From Neophaeotheca triangularis (Eukaryota), in contig BAAIJX010000085.1 of the NCBI GenBank assembly GCA_054600435.1, positions 1 through 60,932 on the forward strand: DNA of 60,932 nucleotides, written 5' to 3'. The notes under the pieces are model-generated. The model did no database searches and was not told where the DNA came from. It saw only the letters and a program-made list of their open reading frames with translations. Shown here one piece after another: positions 41,517-53,404 of this stretch; the first letter of the stretch is position 1, and the number at the start of each line of letters is the position of its first letter. Position numbers and translations under genes: made by a program.

Positions 41517-42389
41517 TCATCTCTTAGCATCGGCCGGTACGGTGAAGCCTCTCGTCATGAAATCCGTGTTCTTTCCCGACTTGGTAGGGTCTTGGGGTTT
41601 CGAAAACAGACTCGCGACATTATCACTCTGCTGTACCTTTCGCTTCTTCGCCAGCTCCTGCTCAGCGACGACCTTGGCCGTAAGCTTCGCCGTAGCCTCG
41701 CTATTGATGCCAGCATCCTGATCCCCAGCCTTCCTCCTCTTCTCCTCCCCGACCCCATTCTCCTCCCCCTTCCGCTTCTTCTTCTCCTTAGTCTCCTTCT
41801 TCCCCTTCTCCTTCTTCAGCGAATGCCTCAACCCCAGCTCCCTCAACCTCTTCACCCTAACCTCCAACCTCGCGACATCCGCCTCAGCCACGGGCAAGAT
41901 ATTCACGACATCATTCGCCGCAAACCGCCCCTCGCACACCAAGCACCGCCCATCCGTCTCCACCTCCTTCAACACACTCGCCGCAAAAGCATGCCCACAC
42001 GGCACCACATAAACAGCCTTGACCCCCTCAGCCCCCAAACGCTCCGCACTAACAGGACACCTCCACGCGGTCCCGTCCCCGTCGCCGCGGGCAAAAACAA
42101 CCTCAACCACATCCCCCATCCCGCCAACCTCGCCCCCACCCACCGCTCCCAACTCCTCGGCCCACTTCCCCTCAACCACAAACTCCAACACCGTGGCCTT
42201 GTTGTACAACCTCCCGCGCGCATCCGAGACAATGGGTTCGGCCAGAGGCTGTTTGGAAACCGGGTCGTGTTTCCAGTTGTAATTGGTTTTTTCCGTGAGG
42301 TTGGCTTTGAGCTGTTGTTGCGTTGGGGCGCGGGCGGCTTCTTTGACGAGTTCGCGGCGCGTCGGGATGGAGCCGCCGTCGTTGCCCAT
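41517..42389 (-). CDS. rtf2: Replication termination factor 2 family protein
   Basis: Diagnostic N-terminus MGNDGGSIPTRRELVK; GRLYNK; RING-like CPVS..CGH..CLVC; Lys-rich tail. Confidence 0.92.
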   Translation of the reverse strand: MGNDGGSIPTRRELVKEAARAPTQQQLKANLTEKTNYNWKHDPVSKQPLAEPIVSDARGRLYNKATVLEFVVEGKWAEELGAVGGGEVGGMGDVVEVVFARGDGDGTAWRCPVSAERLGAEGVKAVYVVPCGHAFAASVLKEVETDGRCLVCEGRFAANDVVNILPVAEADVARLEVRVKRLRELGLRHSLKKEKGKKETKEKKKRKGEENGVGEEKRRKAGDQDAGINSEATAKLTAKVVAEQELAKKRKVQQSDNVASLFSKPQDPTKSGKNTDFMTRGFTVPADAKR

Positions 42390-43213
42390 GGTGGGGGAGG
42401 GGAAGAGCGGGAGGCGTGTGGAGTGGAGCAATTGGGAGTTTTTTGGTCGTGAGAGAGGGGCGCGATGTTGTGTGCGATTTTGGTAGGCGGGCTTGTGTGG
42501 TTTGTGTGTCTTTTGAAGATGGGAAGCTGGGGGGTTGGGCTGGCTTCACTTGCGCTGATTCTGCCGCTTGAAGGCGGTGTGAAGGGTGAGAGTTCTTGTA
42601 CCTCGACGTGCACGATAAGGTTGTAGAATAGGTATTGATGGTGGCTGCTATGAATGAATGGTCTTTTGTTACGCACACTCGCTCCATCGTACATCATATA
42701 GTCCTGCCTGGCCCTCCTGCAAACATTGGGATTTGACATTTGGAACTCTTTCTTGAATTCAAGGCATATGGCAGATCGTAGTATTCTTCAGCTGCGATGC
42801 TGTTGTTGCAATTTTCTCCGGATTTCACATAGCCAGCTTTACTGACAGGGTATCATATATGTCCAGCAGAGCTACTGAGCGTCCTCGCACCTGTTGAACC
42901 AGCAGGCTTCGGCATAAGAAAGCTCATAGAACTAATGAGGGAAACCCAACGCCTCCTACCGTACGAACCTCCACATCGCCCTCGTAGCAATTTATCGTCA
43001 TATGTAGATCCGTTCGTATGCCTCCCATGTTGTTGCTTCCGATCAAACTACCGTACCATGCGGAAGAGCTGTTTAGTGATTAGCGAAGCTCGCTCATCAG
43101 GGCAAAATAGCAAACCTACCTTGCTGTAGCTGAATGCTCACATGCACCCAGCGTCCACATCATATTGGCCGACGCCAGCAAAATACTCAGCTAAACCAAA
43201 AGACCACCCCCAC

Positions 43214-44828
43214 TTAACCCCCGTCTTCCTCTCTATCCTCTCTCTCGGCCCCAGCCACCACTTCGCCACCCTCACCATTACCCGCTCCAGTAGAAACCCC
43301 TCCGGCATCGCCAGCGGCCACCCCGTCACCCACCGCCTGCTTTACTCCCTCACCATCGACAAGATAAACATGCGAAAACACCCCCAAACTATTCTGATCA
43401 TCCACCAGCGTCTCATCCTCATCATCCGGCGGTAGCGTCGCCATAAGCCCGTAGCCCGGTCTTGGATAGTGCGGAGGATGAACGTCAGGGGTATAGATTC
43501 TGTCGAAGTCGTCGGCTGTTTGCTGTTTGCGGGCTGCGAGAGAGTTGTTGGCGCTGTTTGTGGGTATGGGTTGGGAGTTTGGGGGGAAGGCACTAGATCG
43601 CTGTTGTTGTTTGAGTTTGGTGAGTTGTGTAGGGTTGAAGAGTGGGAGGGAGGGATGCATGGTTGTTGCTTTGACTAGGAGGGTCACAAGTTGGTTGGGC
43701 GGGAGGTTGACGAAGTAGCGTTTGCGCTGGGTGGGTTTTAGTATGTCTCGTAACAAGTAAAAATGATGTATGTAACATCACGCTTACCTCTTCCTCGGTG
43801 ACACCCTGGGCGGATACGAGCTCGTTTGTATCGATGGGAATGTTCTCAGTTACAGGAGCCGCTCTATCCGTCTCGCACTGCCGACAGAACCACTCAGCGT
43901 CCACCTGCTGCACTACGGCTTTCAAGATTGGCGGGAAGTGGCAATACTGGTGCCAAGGTGTGTTACAACCGTCGCAGAAAACAATCATATTGCTCTCTGG
44001 ACTCGTACCCCTTAAGCACACCTTGCAAAGTGCAGATTGCGGGTTGCGGTGGTAAGCTCGTCGCCGCTTCACAGGTTTGTCAGTACTGGGTGAAGGATTT
44101 GGTGGAGGCACGAATGAGGTAGGTTTCTGTACTGCGCGGCCCGATTTTGTTTGTATGGTGGTTTCGACGACTTCGTCGCTGGAATCGTCGGAATGGTCGG
44201 GGGAGACAGAAGCGTTCTCGTCGTCGTCGGCGCGTTTACGTTTCCCGCCACGGCCGGTCGCAGTCGGTCCGCCGCGTTTGCGAGGTCGACCGCCTCCTCG
44301 TCCTCGGCCTACACCTCTAGCTCTTCCCGTTGAAACGGGGGTTACTGCGGATGTAGTAGCGGATGTTGCCGGTGTTGAAGGTGCGCCGTGAGTGAGTAGG
44401 CTGGCACGTTTTCGCGGCCGGCCTCCACGGTTTTTGGGTTTGGGGATGTCGCGTGGCGTGTCTGGTACTTGTTGAGAGGCCTGTTCGAAGCTTTGAGTAG
44501 TCGCCATACCGTCCATGACTTTTGCTCTCGCGGCTTCCCATTCGGTGGCTGCGATTCCTAGAGCATTGTTCGGAGGGTGGGAGTGGCCGGAGGCATTCAG
44601 CGGCTGCGCACTGGCTGCTGGATACCTTTTCGAGACCTGGATGGTGTCATCTGCAGACGCAGCACCTGGATTGATGTCCTGCGATTCTGTAGAAGGGCCA
44701 GTAGGCTCGCTTGTCGGTGCATCTGAGAGTACAGAGGTCGATGGAGGGGCGGTATTCGGGATTGGGTCTGAAGTTGCTAACTGGCCATCGGGTTTCGCCA
44801 TATCTGCTGACTCTTGGGCATCATTCAT
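43214..44828 (-). CDS. PHD-finger chromatin protein with AT-hook-like GRP motifs (Phf1/Phf2-like), 2 exons
   Basis: CKVC..IVFCDGCNTPWHQYCH..WFCRQC PHD; RGGRPR motifs; intron 43787-43727 joins the two ORFs in frame. Confidence 0.85.
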
Positions 44829-45132
44829 GGTGAAAATGCGACCGCTGCCGTCGACTCGGATTGTTTGTAGGGTACGAGGAGGCAACTAGGATACCACAAA
44901 AGATGCATGTAATAGGTATCTTATGTACCTAGGCAGGCATGCATGAGGGAGCTTGGCGAGCCATTGGAGGCTAAGGTAGGATAAGGTAACTTACCTACCT
45001 AGGGCTGGTATTACCTTAGTCAGCGGCAGCAGCCGGCGCATTTACCTACCTCGAGGTACCTAACCTTGCTCAGACCACCTATACCCGCTCTACCAATCAC
45101 ACACACACGTAGGTAGTATATCCCATGGAATT

Positions 45133-47513
45133 ATGGAAGAAGGTCACCATTCACCTCAGAAACGCAAGCGTACTACCGAGAGAGCCAGAGTGACGCGTGC
45201 ATGTGACCGCTGTAAAAGGTTTCCAACACCGCCCGAGCCAAGAGCCCAAGATATCACAGACGGCTAACAGAACATTAACCCCATGCAGGAGGAAGGTCAA
45301 GTGTGATGGACGGCAACCCTGCCAGATCTGTTCCAAGGTCGATGCGAGCTGTACCTTTGATACCACATACTCCAGAGGAACGGCGCCTCCGATACCGCAG
45401 GCACCAGCTCAAGGTTCACAGATAGTCCCAAACGATGGTGCCACCGCGATACAGGCTGCAGGTGGCGCTACAATCGGACCAGATCTCTTGAATGGCGCTG
45501 TATATCAACCTCACACTGGCAACCACAGTACTTGTCATGCGCCACCGATGGCATCCCCATCAGTCGCGGCCTCCAACCATAAGTCCCCCGCCGACTCTCA
45601 AACGGCTGGTGGTCTCCACGGCCAGTACATAGGCCCAGCTTCTGGCGTCTCCTTCCTCCAGCGTGTCCAGAACCGTCTAGGTCAGGCTGTCTCCTTCTCT
45701 CACCCTGACAGCATCTTCACTTTCGGCGATCGGCCACTCGTGAAATCAGAAGCAGACATGTTTATGATTCCCCGGGAGGAGGCGCAGAGATTATTGGACA
45801 GGTACTTTGATTTTGCAATGCCTACTTACCGCTTCTTGCACCAACCCACCATTCAAGCGTGGTTTGGGGAGTTTTACGAAACCTTTGGGGTGATGCGCGA
45901 CGCTTCTACAGCGCCAGCTAAGGTCGCCTTGTTGTTGATGGTCCTCGCTCACGGTAGGGTGTATATGCCTGATGATGAGAAGCCCGGGCCATCTGATCTG
46001 AGGTACCTGCCCAAAATCAGTCAGGGAGTACAGTATTGTTACTGACTCTTGCGTAGCAATCGTCTCTATCTAGCAGCTGAGCAGCAACTCCAAAAGGAAA
46101 GCGGCCCAATACGCCTGGCTAGCATCCAAAGCCGACTAACACAGTGTTTTTACCTCCTTACTCAATCGCGCATCAACCATTGCTGGAGTCTATTCGGCAC
46201 AGTCTCTCATTTAGCGCTAGCGACTGGGCTTAACAGAAGTAGACGAAGTGATTCTCAATCTGGAGTCAATCACATAGAGGTCGAGTGTCGCCGACGATCT
46301 TTCTGGTGTGCGTACACCCTAGATGTGTACCTATCTATCGTTCTCGGGAGGCCGCAGCTTTTCCACGACGCCGACATCGATACCGAACTACCAACATGCA
46401 TCGAAGACAAAGAGTTGACAGAGAACCATGCGGGCCCACCTGCATACGTCGGTGGACCATCGATCATGCTTGCAGTTCTCGCGCAGTTCAGGTTAGCATA
46501 TCCAGCCCCAAATCAGAAGCAAAGCTAACAAAACAGCCTCGCCCGGATCGTCAAGTCCATACTGCGCGAACTACTAGACCCTCTAAGACCCATCGCGTCA
46601 AGCCACAGGACCGTCTTGACGCAACGATACTCCCAGGAATTGCACGATTGGCGCAACAATCTCGCGACTTTCCTCGACGCTGATAACGTGAGCGCCTCGT
46701 GGCTTTTACCAATTTTCCAACGACAACGCAACGTCCTGAACCTTACGTATTGGCACGCTATCATTCTCACCCACCGCCCCTTCCTCCTCAGCAACTTCGC
46801 CGCAGGCAGCCGGCAGTCTAATGCAGCGGGCGACAACGACATCGAAACTGATAGCCAGCAAGTCGCCGACAGCGTGCAGCAATGCTTGACGGCGGCCATG
46901 AGCACGGTCAACACCATCAATGACATGATGCGTACCCGGCAAATCTCACGAGTCTTCTGGGTAAGTCAGGAGGCGATTGCGCCATCCGTCCTCCGCAGCA
47001 CACCCCTCATCGCACCCACCCATCCCCGACATACTAACCTCCAACACCAACCAACAGACAGCCGCCTACTTCGCCTTCACAGCCAGCATAGTCCTCTACA
47101 TCCACGTGCTGCAAAACCGCAAACCCGCCCTCACCCACCACAACGACTACCTCTCAGCAGCAACCCTCTGCCAATCGCACATCTCCAGCCTCGCGGACAA
47201 AGGCTCCCTGCCGGAACGGTACTGCCTGCTACTGGAAGAACTGCGGTCGGAAACGGTGCGAACGCGTTCAGACCACCAAACCCCGAACCCGGCCACGCAG
47301 ACCACGACCCAGCAGCAGCAGCAGCAGCAAACGACTTTTGCGCCACCGCAGCAGCAGCAGCAGCAGGCTCCGGCGGATTTCGCAACTTTCTTCCCGCCTT
47401 CAGCGACGGGCGAAGTCCAGGGAACTGTCGAGGATTGGGGGCAGTTCGCCGACATGGTTGCGCTTGGCTTGGGGAATCTGGATGGCTTTCTGAATGAGGA
47501 TTTCTTGCTGTAG
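45133..47513 (+). CDS. Zn(II)2Cys6 transcription factor with fungal TF middle homology region, 5 exons
   Basis: RACDRCKR|RKVKCDGRQPCQICSKVDASC; ECRRRSFWCAYTLD..LGRP; introns 45219-45288, 46003-46056, 46492-46536, 46961-47057. Confidence 0.92.
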
Positions 47514-49420
47514 TAACAGGCATGGCCGACTTTGATTTTAATTTTTTCGGAAATCTACACGATCTACGTCGCTTGCAAGTTTCCAAACGAACAGTCTCCG
47601 GTAAGCGGGAAGCGGGAAGCCAGCGGCATAGACGGCTGTCAAGAGCGTATATACAAGTATATCTAGAGCGTAAGGTAGAATATACCTAGTAGCTAGCTAG
47701 CGAGTCCAGCAACGGCAGCGACGAGCAATTCTTCCACGACCCAACCCAGCGCTATTCACAATGTCTCGACTCGCGGATATCAGAGACACGGAACCGTAAA
47801 GCTATGAGAGAGAGAGAGCCGTGCATACAGTACTAGATTGTGGCAAAGCAAGATGATTTCAAACCTGAGCGAATCTTGTTGCGTCGTTGAGCTGCGCTGC
47901 TGGTGGAAATGCTGCGGGAGAGCGAGGAGGTAGAGAGGTTAGGTACTTAGTAGGAGTGGCTAGAGCTCGAGTGATTAGGAGACGGACGGTAGGAGGGGCA
48001 GTATCATGATAGGGGGAGGAGTGGGTGGGTGGGTGGGTGGCGAACGCCTAGGTAGGTATATACATACTAACTCAAGGTATCATCAAACGATGGCACGTCG
48101 CGGCCTGGAGACGGGGGTGAGGCTGAGCTGCTCTACACTACACTACTACACTACCTTGGCTTACCTATGCTATGCTATACCACTTGACTGCTAAGCAAAC
48201 GCGTCCATACTTCCCTCCCTCAGGCACGGGTTCCGGGCAGGTAGGTAGGTTTGTGTGAAGATGCCGTCACCCATGGCACGAGATGTCAGCCGTCCGGCGT
48301 CAGGTAGGCAAGGCAAGGTAGGTAGACGCGTGGTCGGAAGCCAGAAGCGACGATGATGATGGCTGCGAAAGCTACTTACCTTACCGCGAAAGGAAAGATG
48401 ATTATTACAAAGAAGAAGCTCTCTCTCCCCACATCTGGAAAGCTTCCTTTGCCGTGCCTTGCGTTGACATCTAGGTTGTTTAGTAGTGGTTACCTGTCGC
48501 AGCGCGATTCATTAGCGTTATGCGATGATGCGGCTTGCTGTTGTTGTTAGTATAAGATGGATGCCGTGGATGGGAATTTCGAGACGGGTTGGTAGACGAC
48601 GACATCATATCTCGTCATCCATGGGTTTTGCAATTTTAATGTTTCCAATATTTCATAATAATCTCACCTGCCTTGATTGCTGTATTTATACAAGATTGGT
48701 TGGCGGTTGGTGTCTGCTGTGTCGTTTGTTTCTTTTTCGAATCTACAAGGAGTCCGGCACGGGAGGGAAGTTTGATGCAGTGGAGGTTCGGTGGGTTGGA
48801 GCGGATGTTGCATCATCTGAAGATGTCACAGATTTCCTTTTGTGAAATGGAATAGGATAGTAACATAACTTTGTGGTGGGCCGATGTTGCCAGATGCCGG
48901 GCGTGCATATGCCGTTGCGCTTGTCCGGCGGGCAGAATCTAATATTAATGACGATATTCTTTTAACTTATTCGTTGTTGTGAAACCCAGGGGAACTCTCC
49001 GTTAGCCATTGGGCCGGGATCTGGTCAATTCACCCAGTCGGAGCCAGTGACTTACTGGTGTAAATTTGATGGGAATTTGATTTAAAATTGAAACTTGATT
49101 CGACCTCGCCCACGCCCTTCCCTTTTTGGCAGTCGATGAGATCAGATCGACTCCAACGAGCCGCCCGCTCGCCTACCCGAGTAGCCCGATCGTCTTCCAT
49201 GACGATGTACCATCAACACTTTCGCCGCCAGTGACACGCCGTTTCGTAACACTCGACCTGGAACCTCGTTGAATGCACAGTAGGTAGGTCGTGCCAGGTA
49301 GGAGAAGGTGGTAGCTTCATATATAACTATACTCTCCACCCCGACTTCCTCTCCTTCTTCTCTCTCCTCCTCTCTCCCCTATCAGAGTCCCGATCAAGCA
49401 CATCTTCTCTGCCACTCAAC

Positions 49421-51187
49421 ATGCCTCTCAGGAACTATGCCGCCGCCGCCGCTTTTGTCGGCCTGGCTGCCGCTGCCCCCGCTCCTCAGGGCAACTACCA
49501 GGACAACAGGCCTGAGAATGCCTACAGCATCCTCAGCAACGCCTATGAGTCCTTCACCGACGTGACGGCCAGCTACAACTGGCCCGCTCAATCTTCGACT
49601 GCCGCAGCCGGTGCTGATTCCACCGTCACTGGCGAGGCTCCTGCAGCCACTACCGCTGATGGCGCTCCTACTGGTGTCGCGAGCTTCCCTACCGACGACA
49701 ACACTGCTCAGAGCTTCGCCATTCAGACTCCAGTCAGCGGTGCCGCCAACGTCGACTACCAGTACCAGGACTACACTGGCTACAAGAACGCCGACGCCCC
49801 GTACACTGAGTACGCCCCCGAGTACACCAACGTGGCCACCACCTTTGGTCCCGACTCGACCATCCCTTACTCTAGCGTCTCGACTCCCGATGCTGGCGAG
49901 CAGAGGAGCTCCATGCCCACCGGAAGGACTTCACACGGTCCCTTCTCCGGCGAGGCCACTACCACCGGTGCCGTCCACACTGATGTCTTGGGTACGGGAA
50001 TCGAGGCGATGCCGCCAAACCCAACCGCCACCTACTACAACACTGATGGCAAGCTCACTGAGCCCCAGCCCATCCCCTACATGCCCGCTGGTGGTCTCGG
50101 CACCAACGGCTCCGAGCCTCGCTACATGGTCGAGAGCGACTTTGACTACGAGTCTATCATGCTTGGACTTTACCAGGAGTGGATCGAGCTCGACTCCTTC
50201 AACAACATTGTCGCCATCTTCAGCGATGAGGAGTTTGCCGCTGCTGGCCTGACCCCCGAGGACAAGTCCCTCCTCCAATTCATGGCCCAGCAAGAGCAAG
50301 GCCACGCCACACTCCTGACCAACATGCTCGGCGAGACCGCCGCCCCTCAGTGCACCTACAACTACCCCTACACTACCGTCCGCGAGGCTGTCGACTTCCT
50401 TCAGATCCTCACCCGCTACGGCGAGTCCGGTGTCTGGGGTTTCATCAACCACCTCGACTCCCGCGAAGTCGGTCAGCTCCTTGCCCAATCCATCGCAACC
50501 GAGGCCCGTCAGGAGATGATCTTCCGCCAAATGTCCGGTTTGCACCCGATGCCTGTCTGGTTCGAAGCCGGCATTCCGCAATCATGGGCCTGGACTTACC
50601 TCGCCCCTTACATCTCTTCGTGCCCCGAGAACACCACCCGCCTCGCGTGGCAAAACTTCCCCGCCCTCCACGTCGTCAACCAAGCCAACATCAACCGCTT
50701 CAGCCCCAACGACACTGCCGATTTCGAGCGCGTCGGCAACCGCAGCTCCGACCCGGGCGTCTCTACCATCCCTCAAGACCAGCAGTGCCTACCCCTCAAC
50801 ACCACGGGCTACGCCTGCGACCCGACCATCGCCACCAACCGCAGCGAACCGCTAACCTTCCCGGGCAAGCAAATCCGCTTCATCTGGGACTCGCCCGGCG
50901 TCCCCGTCGGTCCCAACCTCAGCTACGTCACCGACTCGACGGCCGGCGAGCCCCGCTTCGTCGCCTGGGCCAACCAGCTCAACCTCACCTACACCCCTCT
51001 CACCGTCACGGGCCAGAACGAGGGCTACACTTACCAGCCCGCCGGCAGCGTCTACGAGGGCGGCCAGGGCATCGTCAACGACACCATGTTCGTCGCTCTC
51101 ACCGACAGCGACCCTTACCTTACCCCTTTCAACTTGAGCATGATCAACCCTCACGTTGCCGCTCTTGGTATTTTCCAGGCTGGTTGA
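49421..51187 (+). CDS. Secreted ferritin-like domain protein (Rds1-like stress protein)
   Basis: Signal peptide, S/T/P-rich N-region, helical domain with QEWIELD, QQEQGH, YGESGV, TEARQ; strongly biased codon usage. Confidence 0.82.
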   Translation: MPLRNYAAAAAFVGLAAAAPAPQGNYQDNRPENAYSILSNAYESFTDVTASYNWPAQSSTAAAGADSTVTGEAPAATTADGAPTGVASFPTDDNTAQSFAIQTPVSGAANVDYQYQDYTGYKNADAPYTEYAPEYTNVATTFGPDSTIPYSSVSTPDAGEQRSSMPTGRTSHGPFSGEATTTGAVHTDVLGTGIEAMPPNPTATYYNTDGKLTEPQPIPYMPAGGLGTNGSEPRYMVESDFDYESIMLGLYQEWIELDSFNNIVAIFSDEEFAAAGLTPEDKSLLQFMAQQEQGHATLLTNMLGETAAPQCTYNYPYTTVREAVDFLQILTRYGESGVWGFINHLDSREVGQLLAQSIATEARQEMIFRQMSGLHPMPVWFEAGIPQSWAWTYLAPYISSCPENTTRLAWQNFPALHVVNQANINRFSPNDTADFERVGNRSSDPGVSTIPQDQQCLPLNTTGYACDPTIATNRSEPLTFPGKQIRFIWDSPGVPVGPNLSYVTDSTAGEPRFVAWANQLNLTYTPLTVTGQNEGYTYQPAGSVYEGGQGIVNDTMFVALTDSDPYLTPFNLSMINPHVAALGIFQAG

Positions 51188-51680
51188 GCACGTCATTCCG
51201 ACCCGAAGTGAAGAACAAAAAGCGTGGGGGACGGGATTGATGGAAATGAGAAGGTATGGAAGAAGGGGGGGTTCAAATGTATAATTTAGCTTGTACATCT
51301 ACGTAGGGTATGAGATTTGTGTTGCATTATAGTACATAGACGGAAATGTGTAATTGAAATAATTCCCTCTTCGTTAAAACAACCCTTCTATTCTTCTAGT
51401 ATAAAGTCTTCCTTGATAAAAGAAAAAGGTTTCGAAGTTGAATCTACCACTATTGAATGTAATAGGCTTGCGTGTTAGTGTAGAGGAGGTTGTTTTTTTT
51501 TTCTTTTTTCTCTTTTCTCTGCCTTCTATTCTTTCCTTTTTGTTCTTTCCTTTTTATTCCCTCCTTTTCTTTTCTTCTTCCGTTTTTGGACAGGTCTTGT
51601 TTATAGAAGTGGTGGGGGAAGGGAAGGAGGGGAAGAGAAAGGGGTGGGAGGGACGAAAAGCATACGCCCCTCCCCTCTTA

Positions 51681-51960
51681 TCTACTAGAACCTAGCTTAG
51701 AAAAATACTTCGCAACTCTGATTCTGTAGTAGACTCTCTTCCCTTCCTTCCTCTTTCCTTCTTCTCCTCTGCTTCTCTCTCGTTTCCTTCCCTTTTCTCC
51801 CCTTTTCTTCCTTCTTCCCCCTTCCTCCCTCTCCCTCTTTACCGTTATCAACTAGACCTCCACACAGCGCTGCCTCCCTCCCTTCCGATCTACTAAAATC
51901 TAGCTCAAAAAAATACTCCCCAACCCTGATTCTACAGGAGACTCTCGTCCCATCCCTTCC
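51681..51960. repeat. Diverged ~65-bp direct repeat pair in a CT-rich tract
   Basis: TCTACTAGAACCTAGCTTAGAAAAATACTTCGCAACTCTGATTCTGTAGTAGACTCTC (51681) vs TCTACTAAAATCTAGCTCAAAAAAATACTCCCAACCCTGATTCTACAGGAGACTCTC (51889). Confidence 0.75.
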
Positions 51961-52640
51961 CTTCCCTTCCCTCCTAGCTAGCTAGCTAACCAAGCAGCCA
52001 AGCAATCTCGCACCCAAACCCAAAACCCTACCCAAACCGCGCCTCTCACGATACTTTCCCGGCTAAAGTCGAGTCCCGATACCCCCCTTATTTAAAGAAT
52101 CCGCGGTGCGCCGGGCAGCGCTAGATGCACCTCTCGCCCGCCACTCGCGCCCGTTTGTACATGTCGTGTGGGTTTCCGTCGCTCTTGGAAGTCGGAGCGC
52201 GGTAGAGTGTGCTCGTGTCTGCTTTGCTTTGCTTTACTTCTTCCCGTGTGCGGATGTGACTGGGACTGTAGACGCGGAGAGAGGGTGTCCTGCTTGTCGG
52301 GCTTAGGTTGCCTGGTGCAGGACTATTATGCTCGAGAGGAGTGGTTTTGGCTTTGTGCTGGGGCTTTGCAGTCTTAATTTTGGGACCCTGCCGGAGGAGG
52401 GGGGTTGCGTGTTACTAAGCATGTGTGTTTTGCTCACGGCGTGGGGGATAGTCACTTGGTACTTGGGTAGCCATCTAGTCGGTTTAGAGGCTTTCCGAGC
52501 TTGCTTGCTTGCGGTTTGCCCTAGCGGGTTTCGTCGTTTAGTACGCTGGACGATGCTGCTGGGATTGTCGCCCCAATCCCGCTTTTATCCTCGTCGTGGG
52601 TCGGCGAGGGCTGGCTGTGCGGTGCTGAGCGAGCTTAGGG

Positions 52641-52673
52641 GCATCGTTTGTAGTGCATCGTTTGTAGTGCATC
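52641..52673. repeat. 14-bp tandem repeat (GCATCGTTTGTAGT x2.4)
   Basis: Direct reading of the sequence. Confidence 0.85.
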
Positions 52674-53404
52674 TCGGCCTAGATGGCGCTCGTTCAGCTC
52701 TTGGCGTAAGAGCTTCTCTTTGTGAGAAATTGTCGACGAGTCGCGCAATTCGGTCAGAGCAGGCTCGGAAGATTGCGCTGTGGGGATGTTCGATCGCTCC
52801 GCTTCGAGTCCATGTCGGCTTGGAGTAGGCCAAGTCAGTGTTTGTTTCCAGATGTGTTGTGTTTCGTGTTCCAGTTGGCGACGGTGCCGTCTCGCCCTGT
52901 GCCTTGGTTGAGCTATGCCGAGTTGTGTGTCCGGTGTGTTCGAGCCCTTGGACCGGGATCGAAGCCTGCCTGATCCTGTCTAGGAAATTTGTTGCTTGCC
53001 GGTCGATAACCGCACATTGGCTAATAGGTCAGCGGTCCGGGGCTGGTTGGCTACTAGTGAGAACAGAATTACGGTCTTGCGCGCGCCGGAAGGCTTGGAG
53101 ACAGTTGACATTGCTGCACCGTTGCGTCGCTCGTGGCGCTTGATGGGAGATGCGCTATGGGTCCTTTGGACCGATAGAACGCTGCGTTGTCGACTGGGAG
53201 CAATTCCCTGTGGGTGGTTGTCTAAGTATTGGCTGGGTAGATCTCTTGTTTCTTGCTAGTGGCTTGGACTTGGATCGGGCGTGCTGGGTGATATGGACAT
53301 GATATCCATGGTGCACGGTACTTTGTCTTTACCGTCTCGACTGTAAAAGGTAGTAGTGTAGTAGCTTCCGTTGAAATGGTATGCATGTATGTACACTCCT
53401 ACAC

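Noticed and set aside
52090..53300. Telomerase RNA candidate
   Set aside because: No TAACCCTAA-type template found on either strand.
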